A stretch of DNA of 64,000 nt from Leucoraja ocellata (taxonomy: Eukaryota), in the NCBI GenBank assembly GCA_036785375.1, contig JAWMAR010000276.1:1054001-1118000 (forward strand). The letters run 5' to 3'. This document shows, in pieces, positions 1-12,500 of this stretch. The notes beneath the pieces were generated by a model, which saw only the letters and a program-made list of their open reading frames with translations, had not been told where the DNA came from and made no database searches. The position numbers were made by a program, and so were the translations under genes. Positions within the stretch are counted from its first letter, which is position 1; each line of letters starts with the position of its first letter.

Positions 1-500
1 GGAATCCTGCACCAGCACTCTCAAGTCCCTTTGCACCTTCGATTCCTGGATTCTGTCCCCATTTAAAAAATAGTCTACGCCTTTATTCCTACTACCAAAA
101 TGCACACCTGCACAATTTGCTACACTATATGCCATCTGCCACTTCTCTGCCCACTCTACCAACCTGTCCAAGTCTTTCTGCAGAGTCCCTGCTTTCTCCA
201 ACCTACCTGCCTCTTCACCTATTTTGGTATCATCCGTAAACCTGGCCACAAAGCCTTCAATCATCCTAATCATTAATATACATCATGAAGAGTAATGGCC
301 TCAGCATCGACCCCTGCAGAACTCCACCAGTCACTGGCGGCCAACCAGAAAAAGCCCCCTTTATTGCCAGTCTTTGCCTTTTGCCATCCAGCCAACCTGC
401 AGGCCATACTAGTATCTGCCCTTTGATACCATGGGCTCTCATCTTCCTTAGCAGTTTAACGTGTGGCACTTTATCAAAAGCTTTCTGAAAATGTAGTTAA
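1..500 (-). mobile_element. CR1 LINE RT fragment (approximate)
   Basis: Minus-strand translation KVPH..LL.K..AHGI.G..W...RQR...SGW.PVT.GV.QGS.L.PLLF..YIND. Confidence 0.85.
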
Positions 501-838
501 GCAACATATACTGATGGTACTCAAGGTGATATGGTTCCTAGGAACTGAGATGTTTGAGGGGCAGCAGGATGGTGATTGGGTCTTGTCATTGAGACCGGGG
601 AGCAAGATGTTTATGCAGATGGGCAGGATCCCCACTATCATCTTCTGAACATGTGTTTGAGAGAATGCTCACATTATTTGCACAATAGCAAGTGCCAACA
701 ACAGCTAAACGAATCACCACCTACATAAGTTTCCATCAACCTGGCCTCCAAACAGATCATATAATTGAAGACCAATTTCTGCTTCACCTATTATATGTCC
801 TCTCGAGGTTATGATGGGATTCCATTCTTAAGAATCTG

Positions 839-1120
839 AGCAAGTGCCCACCGAGTCCACACCGACCAGCGATCCCCACACATTAACACTATCCTACACA
901 CAGTAGGGAAAATTTTACATTTACACCAGACCAATTAATCTACAAACCTGTACGTCTTTGGAGTACGGGAGGAAACCAAGGATCTCGGAGAAACCCTACG
1001 TAGTCATGTGGAGAATGTACAAACTCCATACAGATAGCACCCGTAGTCAAGATCAAACCCAGGTCTCCGGCTGCAAACGCTGTAAGGCAGCAACTCTACC
1101 GCTGCACCACCGTGGCCGCC
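839..1120 (-). mobile_element. tRNA-derived SINE (approximate)
   Basis: Reverse complement of the ggtggtgcagcggtagagttgctgccttacagc... family; other copies at 2360-2660, 43645-43975 and 63415-63690. Confidence 0.75.
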
Positions 1121-2359
1121 CATTAAGTGTACATAATGGGCGGCCATATTGTCCACAATTAGTGATAATTTTGCTTTTGTTTTGTTTAAAAAATGCTAGC
1201 ATTTTTACAACTTTAAAAGCTAGGTCTGAACCGCATGTAAACTTTCCCCAATCAGCTTCTCTTTCTACAAAGTTAAAGGTTGTTAACTTTGGTACCTTGT
1301 TCCATCACAGATGCATGTAGAATCTCTATAAAATTGAAATTTCCAGGCATTACTAAAGGGGTAAATTAATTTTGAAGACGAAACCTGATTTTCCAATCAT
1401 TTAATCCCAATAAACTGCCAAAAAATAAATAAAGCTGAGATTTTAAAGGCCAAATTCAATTGCTCACATAAACAGATTTAAATTTCTCAGGTGAAGCTGG
1501 GGATTCAGGGCTTTATGCCTGCCATTTTGTGGGCTGATTTTACTGCTACCTAATATCAGGCTGCATCTCTTAAAGTGGAGATATATTTTCATTAGGTACA
1601 CAAAGATGCTGGAGAAACTCAGCGGGTGCATTGATTTTCATTGGCAGGCAGTGTTGGCAAATATACTGTGTTGCCTAATATTCAGTGGCCGTACACTTGA
1701 GGTTAAGATTACCAAATACAACTTATCAGCTTCACCACCACCTGCGGCTTCATCATTGGCTATGAATCAGGTCACACATTTCAAATTTTGAATTAGGATA
1801 TAAATACAACATTGAGGCAGGAAATAACAACTGGTCAAAAATCATATATAAAGAAACCTAGATTTGAGTTGTAAGCAGACAATGGAGCAGCTAACAGCTC
1901 ATTCCCATTTTAGGGCAAACAAAGTGAATGTTATAATGCATGAGTTAGATATATGAAAAGTTGCATTTATTTTATACGTATCCTTTGCAAAGGATAATAA
2001 AGCATCACATTGGAATTAGACTGAACTGACCTGCTTCAGAAAACAAAACTCTGCAAGTCCAGCAACAAGTGTGAAAAGAGAAACCAGTAAATGGAACTCT
2101 TCTGAGGACGATGGTGTTTTGATTGACTGAGTTCTTCCAGCATTTTCATCCACATCAATGCGATAAAACTCTCTACGATGTAATTTGAAAGTGCAATCGG
2201 TGAGCCACTCAACTATTCTTTTGAGCTATTTCATACCTGATTATACTTCAATTCTCCTTTTTCCTTTGGAAAGCACTATGGGATTTCTATTACAAAATTA
2301 ATTCTGCCAATCTTATGCAAAGAATTATCACAACAACTGTTCACCGGTTCATTAGGTGA

Positions 2360-2660
2360 AGGCGGCACAGTGGTGCAGCGAAAGAATCGCCAGAGATCCT
2401 GACCTCGGGTACTGTCTTTACAGAGTTTGTATGTTCTCTCTGTGACTGTTTGTACGTTCTCTCTTTGATTGAAATTTTGATGAAAGTTTCGCAGGTTTCC
2501 TCCCACATTCTAAAGATGTGCAGGTTTGTAGCTTAATTGCTTTCTGTAAATTGTCCATAGTGTGAAGGATTAAACTAGTGTACGAGTGGTTGCTGGCCGG
2601 CGTGGATTCGGTGGGTCAAAGGGCCTGTTTCCACACTGTATCTGTAAACTAAATTAAAAC
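2360..2660 (+). mobile_element. tRNA-derived SINE (approximate)
   Basis: Same family as 839-1120, with an (AAACT)n tail. Confidence 0.7.
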
Positions 2661-3570
2661 TGAACACTAGGAACAAGGGGGAAAAATCTCCAGTGCAAAG
2701 TTCATGCAAATTGCTACTCTAAATTTCCGGTGAGATCTTTCTTCAAAATTCTTCCATTGTACCTCACAGCTTTTCTATGGAAGCATGATTGAATCAACAG
2801 TTACTGGCGTACAAGTTATGTTGGTCTTATGTAAACTTTCAAAGTCTGATTGTCTTTTCTGGGGGACAATTTGCAACCTTGTCGTCGTCGTCTGTTAGGG
2901 CCTCCCATGCTGAACAGGTCGAAGGGTAGAGGCGAGACAAAGAGTGATCCACTGGTCCTCTTAAGCACATGGCTAACACCCCTGTCTCGTAAAACAAATG
3001 TTACGGAAACAGCAATTGACAGGAGTGGAGGACCTTTGTTGCTGCCCTACATGCCAGGAGGTATAATAGGCAGTAAGTAAGTAATTTGGCATGGCACCAG
3101 TTTAAATCGTATGAGCTTGTCTGAACAAAAAATATTCTGCATGTAAAGATCAAGCCACAAACTTGTATATGTGAAATTCTGAATCCCCCGCCTTAATTGG
3201 TATGTTTAAATATTTCATTTTCTATTATGCTGCATTGAAAAATGCAAATATTTTTCATGCAACTTTGCTTAAAAAGTTACCAGTTTAGCCACACTAAATG
3301 TTTCTTTAGCATACTCAATCTATATTTGTGGTAAAGATCAGAGTCGTGACGTACAAAAATTATACCAATCACATGTGCCCAATGCCTTTGCATAAAAGCC
3401 AAGAGGAATTAGTGGTCTAACAAAACTTGCAACAATTATACTCGTCTGCCTTCACACATTGTATCTTTGTATGTAAAGAAACGGATCATCTGATGATTTA
3501 CAAGAAATAATAGGGTGAGCTGCGTTGTGGTTGCTGAGAGTTTCATGGTCCAGCTGGTGACTACGGTGAC

Positions 3571-6500
3571 ATGGAGACATCATTTTACATTATCCTACAG
3601 CTGTTAATACCTTTTGCAGGTATGAGACCCAACTGTAATACTTTATACAGAATTTGATTTCACCAAGCAAATGGAGATTGCTGATGTTGGAATCTAGAAT
3701 TGAAAAAAGAGTGCTGAAAGAACTTGGTGATCAAGGCAAAAAGTGTAAGTCATTATTTCATGATGAAATTCTAAATCAGTCCTGATCAGGGGCTCGAACC
3801 AAAACATTGACCTACACTTTTTCATAGTCATACGGCGTGGAAACAGGCCCTTTGGCCCAATTTGCTCACGCTGACTGCATTTGTCCCAACTACCTGCATT
3901 TGGCCCATATATTCTTCTAAACCTATCCTATTCATGTACCTGTCCAAATGTTATTTTTTAATATTGTGAAAGTACCATTTTTTTTGCCTTCACAAATGCT
4001 GTTTGATCCACTGATTTCTTCCAACGTTGTGTTCTTTAATTTTATCAAATTTGGATAGGCATTAAGTTCATACTATATGTTGTCAATTGCATGGAATGTA
4101 ACAGTCAAAGTGAATGATAGCAAAATTGATGTGATTCTACTTTTGTTAGTGCATTTTGTGTTGAATTTACTTGATGAAATTGAAATGGGTTAGCAACACT
4201 GAATGTTTGCTATTACTTTATTTTCAAACCATCTTGAACATTCACAATTGTGTTTTTTATTTTCCTAAGTTGAAATGACTAATATATATTGACACTTTTA
4301 AATTTCATGATATAGCATGCCACAGCCATTTGAGCTTTTAAACTTAAAGAGCATTAATTTAAACTTTCCAAAACTTTCATTGTAATTCAGAAATGTGGTA
4401 TTCCATGTAAGCCTATGATCCCCTGGTGTTGAGACCCTTTGTGCATTTATCCTTTGTATACCTCATTGTTCTTATGTTGCTTGTTTTGTTCATTTGTTTC
4501 AATCTGGTGATATTTTGTTAAAATACCATAATAGTCTCAGTTCATAAAATGGCTACAGCTGGCATTATTTTCCATTCCATGCCTTATTGTGTTGTTACAT
4601 GGTACCTAATGGATTTGTTTTGGGAAGTATTGTTCTTGCAGCAGAGATAGAATATATCTTGAAAACAATTCTGTTCTATGGTATTTGAATGTTTAAAATT
4701 CCTCTGTTTACATTTTTAAAACATGCAGGAGCAGTGTTAAAATTGTACTCCAAATACAGCTGCAAATGTACTAATATGAAGTGTTAAGCTATGAAGTTTC
4801 TCTACAAACAAAGAAATGTAATGTGTTGACCACTCATATGGCAATCGCAGAGGAGGTTCAAACAAGCACAGTTACATTTATTACAATTATTACCGCGGGG
4901 AAGATTAACTTTGACATACGGCATTTTAATTACATTTTCTGAATCTCCTTTTCTCAGCTGTACACAAGACAAATAATGATTTACAACAACCTGATACCCT
5001 TACCATCGCAAAAGGACATTCGATCTCATTACATTGTTCCTATTCCATGCATTATCTATCAAGATTTACAGTAAAGTGGTTTTTATGCAATGATAGCCCA
5101 TATTCTTTAACGATAATCGCAAACCTATCTACCGATAAACCTTGGGTTTCTCATTCTCGATATTGCGTAAGGCATAATTCTACATTGAAGGCATTCATCT
5201 TAACAATTATCGATGTTCAAGTCAGTGACAATGGAATCTACTGCTGTGAGGTGATTCGGTTGGCACCACCGCCAACTTTAACAGGCAAAGGAAATGGCAC
5301 CCTACTGAATGTAACTGGTAATTATTTTTTTAATTCTTTAAAAAGTGTTTTGGCAGTTTTACTTGGAACATTAATGCAAACTTTTGCAGCAATTAACTTT
5401 GTACAGTTGTGTCAGTTATATGAGAGATGTGTCAGATATGATCATCACACGGCAGTGAGTTAGCTCTAAATCAGCATGCTGGCTGAAGTTCTTAATTTGT
5501 CCTTAGTGGTCCGGAATAGGAAGGTTTAGGACACATATATTTTTGGCAGGTTGGACCTACTTTTGAGATAACAAATAAAAACAGGAAACACTGGATATAA
5601 TGGGACAGGCAGAGCCTGCAGAAAAGGAAACAGAATAAATATTTCATATCTTTCTCCTTTTGTCAGAACAAGGAAATATTTGAAATTACTTTTTGTGCCT
5701 GTTTGTGTGAAAATTGAAGGTAGCATGATTTATCAATTTCAATGATAACTATCTATACTTCCAAATGATATTTATCTTATTAAGGACTATTTTATTCATA
5801 GCTTTCACTGTTGTGAGAAATAAAGGAAGTTTAACTTAATTTTCATCAAAAGGCACAAATATAGGACTAACATCAGTCATGCTTGTTCTTACAGCAGTAG
5901 AGTGGTCTGAATTAGACATGAGGCCAAATGTGTTTCAAATCGACAGTGTAGTTGTGCTTGATTTAGATTGACAGTGAGATAATTTCAAGTTAATTTATCA
6001 GCAAAGAGAGGAAGCACAGTAGAATCGGGCATAGTCAAGGCTTATAGCCAAATCAGACCAGAATCCTAATTTATGATGCTGTTATACTAGAGACAGGAAT
6101 TTAATTGACATAACGAACACATCATGGTTACAAAATAGACACAAAAAGCTGGAGTAACTCAGCAGGACAGGCAGCATCTTTGGCGCGAAGGAATGGGTGA
6201 TGTTTCGGGACAAGACCCTACTTCTTGACCCGAAATGTCACACATTCCTTCTCTACAGAGAAACTGCCTGTCCTGCTGAGTTACTCCAGTTTTTTATGTT
6301 TATCTTCGGTTTAAACCAGCATCTGTAGTTCTTTAACAGAATGGTAACAAAATATTTTGCTTTAAATTTACAGCACAGCGGAGACCTTTTGTCCTTTGTA
6401 TAAAAGCTATGTTTTATTCGTGCTGTACATTTTGCACATACCATCATGGTTGACAAGTATCGGATTTTGTTGCATTTTGCTACCGAATGTATAAATTGTG

Positions 6501-9500
6501 TCAATATTTAATTGGTACTTTATTGTCTCAATTATGGTATGTGCTTAATGGTCAATTCTCTACTGCTTATGGATCAGCTTTGAAGAAACAGAAGAGAAAA
6601 TAGAATCTTTATGAATGTCAATTTTCCTGATTAAGATCTACAAAAATCCAACTGGCTCATTTATGACAAGAAAAAATGAAAGTAGATTTGCATCTATTGA
6701 AGGCTGCAGCAAACACATCTACCTTGAAGATAAACAAATAAGTAACTTTAATTCAGTTCTTCTCTGATTAACCATTAGAATGGATTGAAAATGATAACTA
6801 GACTGTTGTATTAAATGACACTCTTATGTGCAGTGAGGAAGCATTTAGGATTTGGTTGTTGGTTGTAGTATTGTGTGAGAACATAGTGGTTAACTTCAAT
6901 TGACATCGATGGAAGAGGAAATTTGAAAAGGCTGATACAACCAAAGCAAGAGGCCAAGAATGATCGTGGAACAGCATAGTCAACATGATCAAGACCCACA
7001 GTCAGAGAAGGCCAATTAAAATAAGTGAATGAGTAAAACAAAAAATAAGCACATTACTATACACATATGTCTGAAGAAGGGTCTCGACCTGAAACGTCAT
7101 CCATTCTTTCTCTTCAGAGATGCTGCCTGTCCCGCTGAGTTACTCCAACATTTTGTGTCTACATAGTATTCGAGTTAGGTTGGAAATGCGTGAAAGTGGC
7201 TAGTTATATGTGTGTCCTTACAGGATTGGAACAATAGTGGGAATAGGATGGTTGGGATGGGGATGAATGCTTTAGAATGAGGAAATAAGAGCAAAACATT
7301 TTGTATAATTATAGAGCTTCATATATATTTGTAGATTAAGCAAACAGAAAATATTCAGGTGTTCAGTTCTGCATAGAAAAATCATAACTGATTTCAAGAA
7401 ATGTATATTTATAATTAGTACTGTTTATGTAATTAAATATGAACCTCAGTACCTTTGTAATTTGGATACCTTTGAAGAATGATATGCCACTTCAGAATTA
7501 TACCATTGCTAATCTAACGAAAGCATGATCATGTTTCACACCTTTTGGCCTCTCTCCACTGGCTGCCTATTCAGTATAGGATTCGTTTTAAAATTATTTT
7601 ATTTACTTTTAAATCCCTAAGTGGTCTTGCCCCGTCCTACCTATCTGAGCTTCTTCACCCTTATTCGCCCTCCCGCTCTCTCAGGTCAGATGATCAGCTG
7701 CTCCTGATTGAGCCAAAGACTAAGCGGAAGCTCAGAGGGGACCGTGCCTTTGCTGTGTCGGCTCCGAGATTGTGGAATGAATTGCCTCTGCACGTTAAAC
7801 AGACCCCTTCTCTAGCTGTTTTTAAGACACTCCTGAAGACATATCTGTTCTCCATGGCCTTTGTAGACCAGTGAGGTGTTAAATTGTTTATTAACTTTAT
7901 TTGCTTGGTTTTGCTGCGTTGTTCGTACTCGTGTTTTATGTTTTTTAATTTATTGTTTGGATTTTTGTATGTAATTTATGCGCCTCGTGTTAGTTGTATG
8001 TTCTGTTGTTCTGCCTGTTTTATGATGTCTTGCTTGTTTTCTTTTTTCTGTACAGCACTTTGGTCAGCTTTGGTTGTTTTTAAGGTGCTTAACAAATAAA
8101 GTTGTTATTATTATTATTATTATTAATCTATCTTTTTTTTATTACCAGCTTGTCCTTCTTTTCGGCTCATGGAATCTTACGACAAGATTTCTTCTTCACC
8201 ATCAATTATCATTACATGCTTAGCATATGGGTTTTATCCAAATATTATTACATTTTGGATACAACCAACCTGTCTCACCCACAGGCGCATCAGTACAAGC
8301 AACTCAACCAATCCCAATGGAACCTATAACTACAATGCAACGTTTAGCATCTCCACAGAAAATTGCTCCAACTCCACTGAATTCATGTGTGTAGTTCAAC
8401 ATCCAGCATCACAGACCGAGCTAAATGTTACTATCATCATAGATGTTCATACAGTTGCTCAAGGTAGGATGGTATCATAAAATCAATTCAGCAGGAAGGC
8501 CAACAAAGCCCCTGCTGGAATGTGTTGTAAAATAAATGCTTTACTAGATATAAAGAAAGTGTGATAGAAATAAAGAAGGCCAAATTTACTTTTTTTAAAT
8601 CAAATCAAACTCACTTTATAATATTACCTTATTAACAGGCACACCTTATTTTTCTGGCTGGCTAATTGTTGTTTCCCACTTGAATTACTTCCTTGACATA
8701 CAATCTCTGCTCTTCCTGATTTATGACACCCTCAAAGGAGGCACAGTTTTATTTCCTGATATCAACAAAATGATATCAAGAAATAATGTTGTGCCTCCTT
8801 TGTGGAAATTAACAAAAATGTATAATTATGTGATTGTAATCAGAATAAGAGTTCACACGCTAGATTCCTGGTGAAGAACCATGCATACTGGGGAAAGAAA
8901 TGTTTAAAGCAAAGTCGCCAGACTTCTGGAGTTTAACATTCAATTCTGGAAATTAACAGGTTAACATTCCGGCTGCTGCAAGCTGAAGAATTAAGAGAAA
9001 GCTTATCAGTGCTCTCTATCCGATGTAGAATTCTTAACCCAAAAACCTTCATTACGATAAACTACATGTAAACACTGTGACTGCGAAATACTGCCATGAG
9101 TGTCCTTTGTTTAGGTAGGATCTGATGCCCTGTGTGAGCTGCTTTGCCTGTGGCTGCTTAGGGCTCCATGCCAACAAATTTATACATGTTGGGTTCCTTT
9201 CAGGCCAGAGCTGGAAATAGTCATGTTATTTCCTGATTTGCCGTCCACTTTTATTGAAGGGAAGTCACCGTTGCCTTCCAGCAGATCACATATTTGTTCT
9301 TGCTAGAGACAAGCAAGTGGATTGAGCACACACATTTGGAATGGTTGTTGTCTTCTCAATGCTGCTGAATGTCATTGACGCACCCATGCTGCATTGCAGG
9401 ATTCACATATCAACACAGGGATGTACCACAACTGGTATAAAATTTATTCCCTTAATAGCCAGTGCATGCACAAGCATACCCAGTATTCTGGCAGCAGTAT

Positions 9501-12500
9501 AAACACCTATATTCTTTGGTGATGCACTGTGTTTCAGTGCTTGAGCATCAGCAATAAACATAAAATTGGCAAGTGGAAACAAGGACATTAAGCTGAACAT
9601 ATGATACCGCAACACATGGATAGTATGCATATTATGAATATCATGCCGGCATATACAGTCTGATGGAACAGACAGTCATAGCATCACATGGCCACCAATG
9701 GATTCGGGGATGACAAGGCCCTTCATTTCTGCCATATAGGTAGCTCCTCACTTACCAGAACCTTCTCAAATGGCTCAATCATACCATATTAGCAGAATTT
9801 TTGTGATAAACTAGATTAAGTGGGACCCGTTGGCTCCCTGTCACACGGATGCAACCGGTTCCCCAACACAATAGTCCACTCACCCGTTCCCCCAATGCAA
9901 CCTGTCCCCCCAACTCAATATTGCACCACTCATGCATAGCCCTCACCTGCGCAGGCACGGCTCATTTCCCCTCATCCCCCAGCACTCCCTCCCCCTCTTC
10001 ACCCTCCCTCTTCTTTCCCTTCTCCTCCCCAATCCCTCCCTCACCTCTCCCTCCATCTACTTTCCCCTACCCTCAGTCACTCCCTCTCTCCACAACTCCT
10101 CTCCCCTCCCTACCCCCCTCCTATCCCTCTATCCCCCACTCCTCACCTCCCCTATTCCCCCCACTATCCTTCCTGACCTCCCCCACTGTCCTCGTCTGCC
10201 TCTATTCCCCACTCCCTGCCTCTCCCACCCCCCCTCATCTCCCTCTATTCCCCCACTCTCCTTACCTCCCCCACTTTCCCCCTCTCCCTCACTACCCTTT
10301 CCTCTCCCTCAATCCCCCCACTCTCCCTCCTCACCTCCCCAGGATCTTTCCCCTCTCCTCCTCCCCTCCCCAATCCCTCCCTCTCCTTTCCCTTACCCTC
10401 AGTCACTCCCTCGCTCCATCCATAAAGAGCAGCATCTACAGTTCTCTCCTCCACAGGTCATCCATTGTTAGATGTGGTTTAGATCCAGTTGACATGACGA
10501 TTGGACCAGTTTGCATCGTGTGTGTGAGTTACTCAAACTCCGTGCAAACTGCTCAGCCACTCTGCAACCCGACTCTAGTAGAAGCAATGTGACACACCAC
10601 TCTGAGAGCTCAGGAAATTTCCTTTCTACTTTCAGCTTAATTCACTTGGCAACATTCTAATTCAAGTCTGAAGTTTAAACTCCATTAATGGCATATAAAC
10701 ATTATCCTGGAAAACATTCCATCCATACATGATCTGGTGTACATCATGCTGTTGTTTTCCAGACATTGTTGAGTATGAATCAGCCACGATATTTACCTTT
10801 GTTACAATTCAAGACATTTATTTTAGTTTTTGTTTAGTTTATTATCACATTTACAGAAAAGCATTTGTTGCGTGCTATTCAGTCAGCAGAAAGACAATAC
10901 ATTATTACATTCGAGCCATTTACAGTGTATAGATAGATATATGATAAGAGAATAATGTTTAGTGCAAGGTAAAGCCACCAATACCCGTTCAAGGATAGTC
11001 TGAGAGTCATCGAAGAGGTGTATATCTATATATATATATAGATATACACTTATTCTAATTACGTTAAACTTTTTTATTAGAAATTTTTTATTAGAAATTT
11101 TTATTAGAAATTACATATATATATATAGATATAATTTCTAATTAAAAAGTAAAACATGTCATTAGAATAAGGATCCAAAAGCTGGGTTTGATTCTAAACT
11201 AAATTGAGGAATTACAAAACTTTGTCACTTTACATGACCTAAAAATTGTGCAAACATTTTCCACACACATTTCCATTTCCTCTATTCATAAAAAACATGT
11301 TTTGTGGTTTTTGGTGTTGTGCTATTTCTAAAGGTCAGCAAATTGATCTTTTAGTTCAGTTTATGTATGACCAGGTCTAATCCAGTCAAATAACTTTGTG
11401 CATTATTATTTTTAAAGAAAATGAAAAGCATAAACCCCGATCTGGAAGGTGAATATACTGATGAAATAATTCAAATATGTTAAAGCATTTAAAAATAAAT
11501 TAACTAAGAATTAGTGAAATCAAATAACTTTATGTAATCAAAATTAAAGATCTCACTATAAAATAATTTCATAAACAGCAAGAAAGAAAAGGACTTAAAT
11601 GAACATAACAATTGAAAATAGTTATAGAAAATAGAAAACCTGAGCACAACATTTGAATGGAGAGGTGGATTGATTTTTAAATGTGGTGGAAGTTATAAAT
11701 AAAAAGCCTTCAAATGTTTGGTCCCAAGTTCAGATCAGATTAGTTTATTATCATCTCCAAGAGGGTGGTCCTTGTTTCTTGTTCATATGAAGCTCACAGT
11801 GTATCAGTAAACATACACTAATGATAAATACAACAATATGACGACGAGAGCAAAACAGCAGAATTGTACACGATTGTCATGCGAAATTCATGTAGTGTAA
11901 AAGAATATTAAAATACAAAAATAGAATAATCAATGAGATAGAGCATCTCTGGAAATGGGGTGTAAAAGAGATGATTGTTTCAGGAGTCAGTTAGCAATGG
12001 GGAAAGTGGCTCTTAATTCTGGACATCTGGGCTTTCATGCTCCTGTATCCTCTCACAGAAGGTAGAAGGGGGAAAAAGGAATGGCCGGGACAGCAGGTAC
12101 ACTTGACAATACTTCCAGCCTACCTGATGCAATGCACCATGAGGGTGGACTGTATGGAAGGAAGAGACAAGCCTGTGATGGACTGGAGATACAGGTAAAC
12201 AAAATAACCATTGCAGGTCAGGGTGAGTGAGTCTGAAGAAGGGTCCCGATCTGAAACAGAGCCTACCCATCTTCTCCAAAGATGCTGCCTGACCTGCTGA
12301 GTTACAGTACTCCAGCATTTTGTGTCCTGTGATGGACTGTTTTGTGTTCAGTACTCTCTGCAGGTTCAGATGGTCAAGAACAGAGCAGATCCCATACCAT
12401 TCTGAGATGCACCCTTCACAATGCATCCGGTAGTGCATCTATAGAAGTTTAAGAAAATCCTCATGAAAAAGACATGTTGAATCTTCTCAGGCACATAAGA

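Noticed and set aside
4958-8463. Rearranging Ig/TCR locus
   Set aside because: V and the J-like segment are in one exon, I saw no heptamer/nonamer RSS at the V end, the TM is uncharged and the tail is inhibitory.
9849-10592. 247-aa and 179-aa Pro/Ser-rich ORFs
   Set aside because: Artefacts of a stop-poor C/T low-complexity tract.
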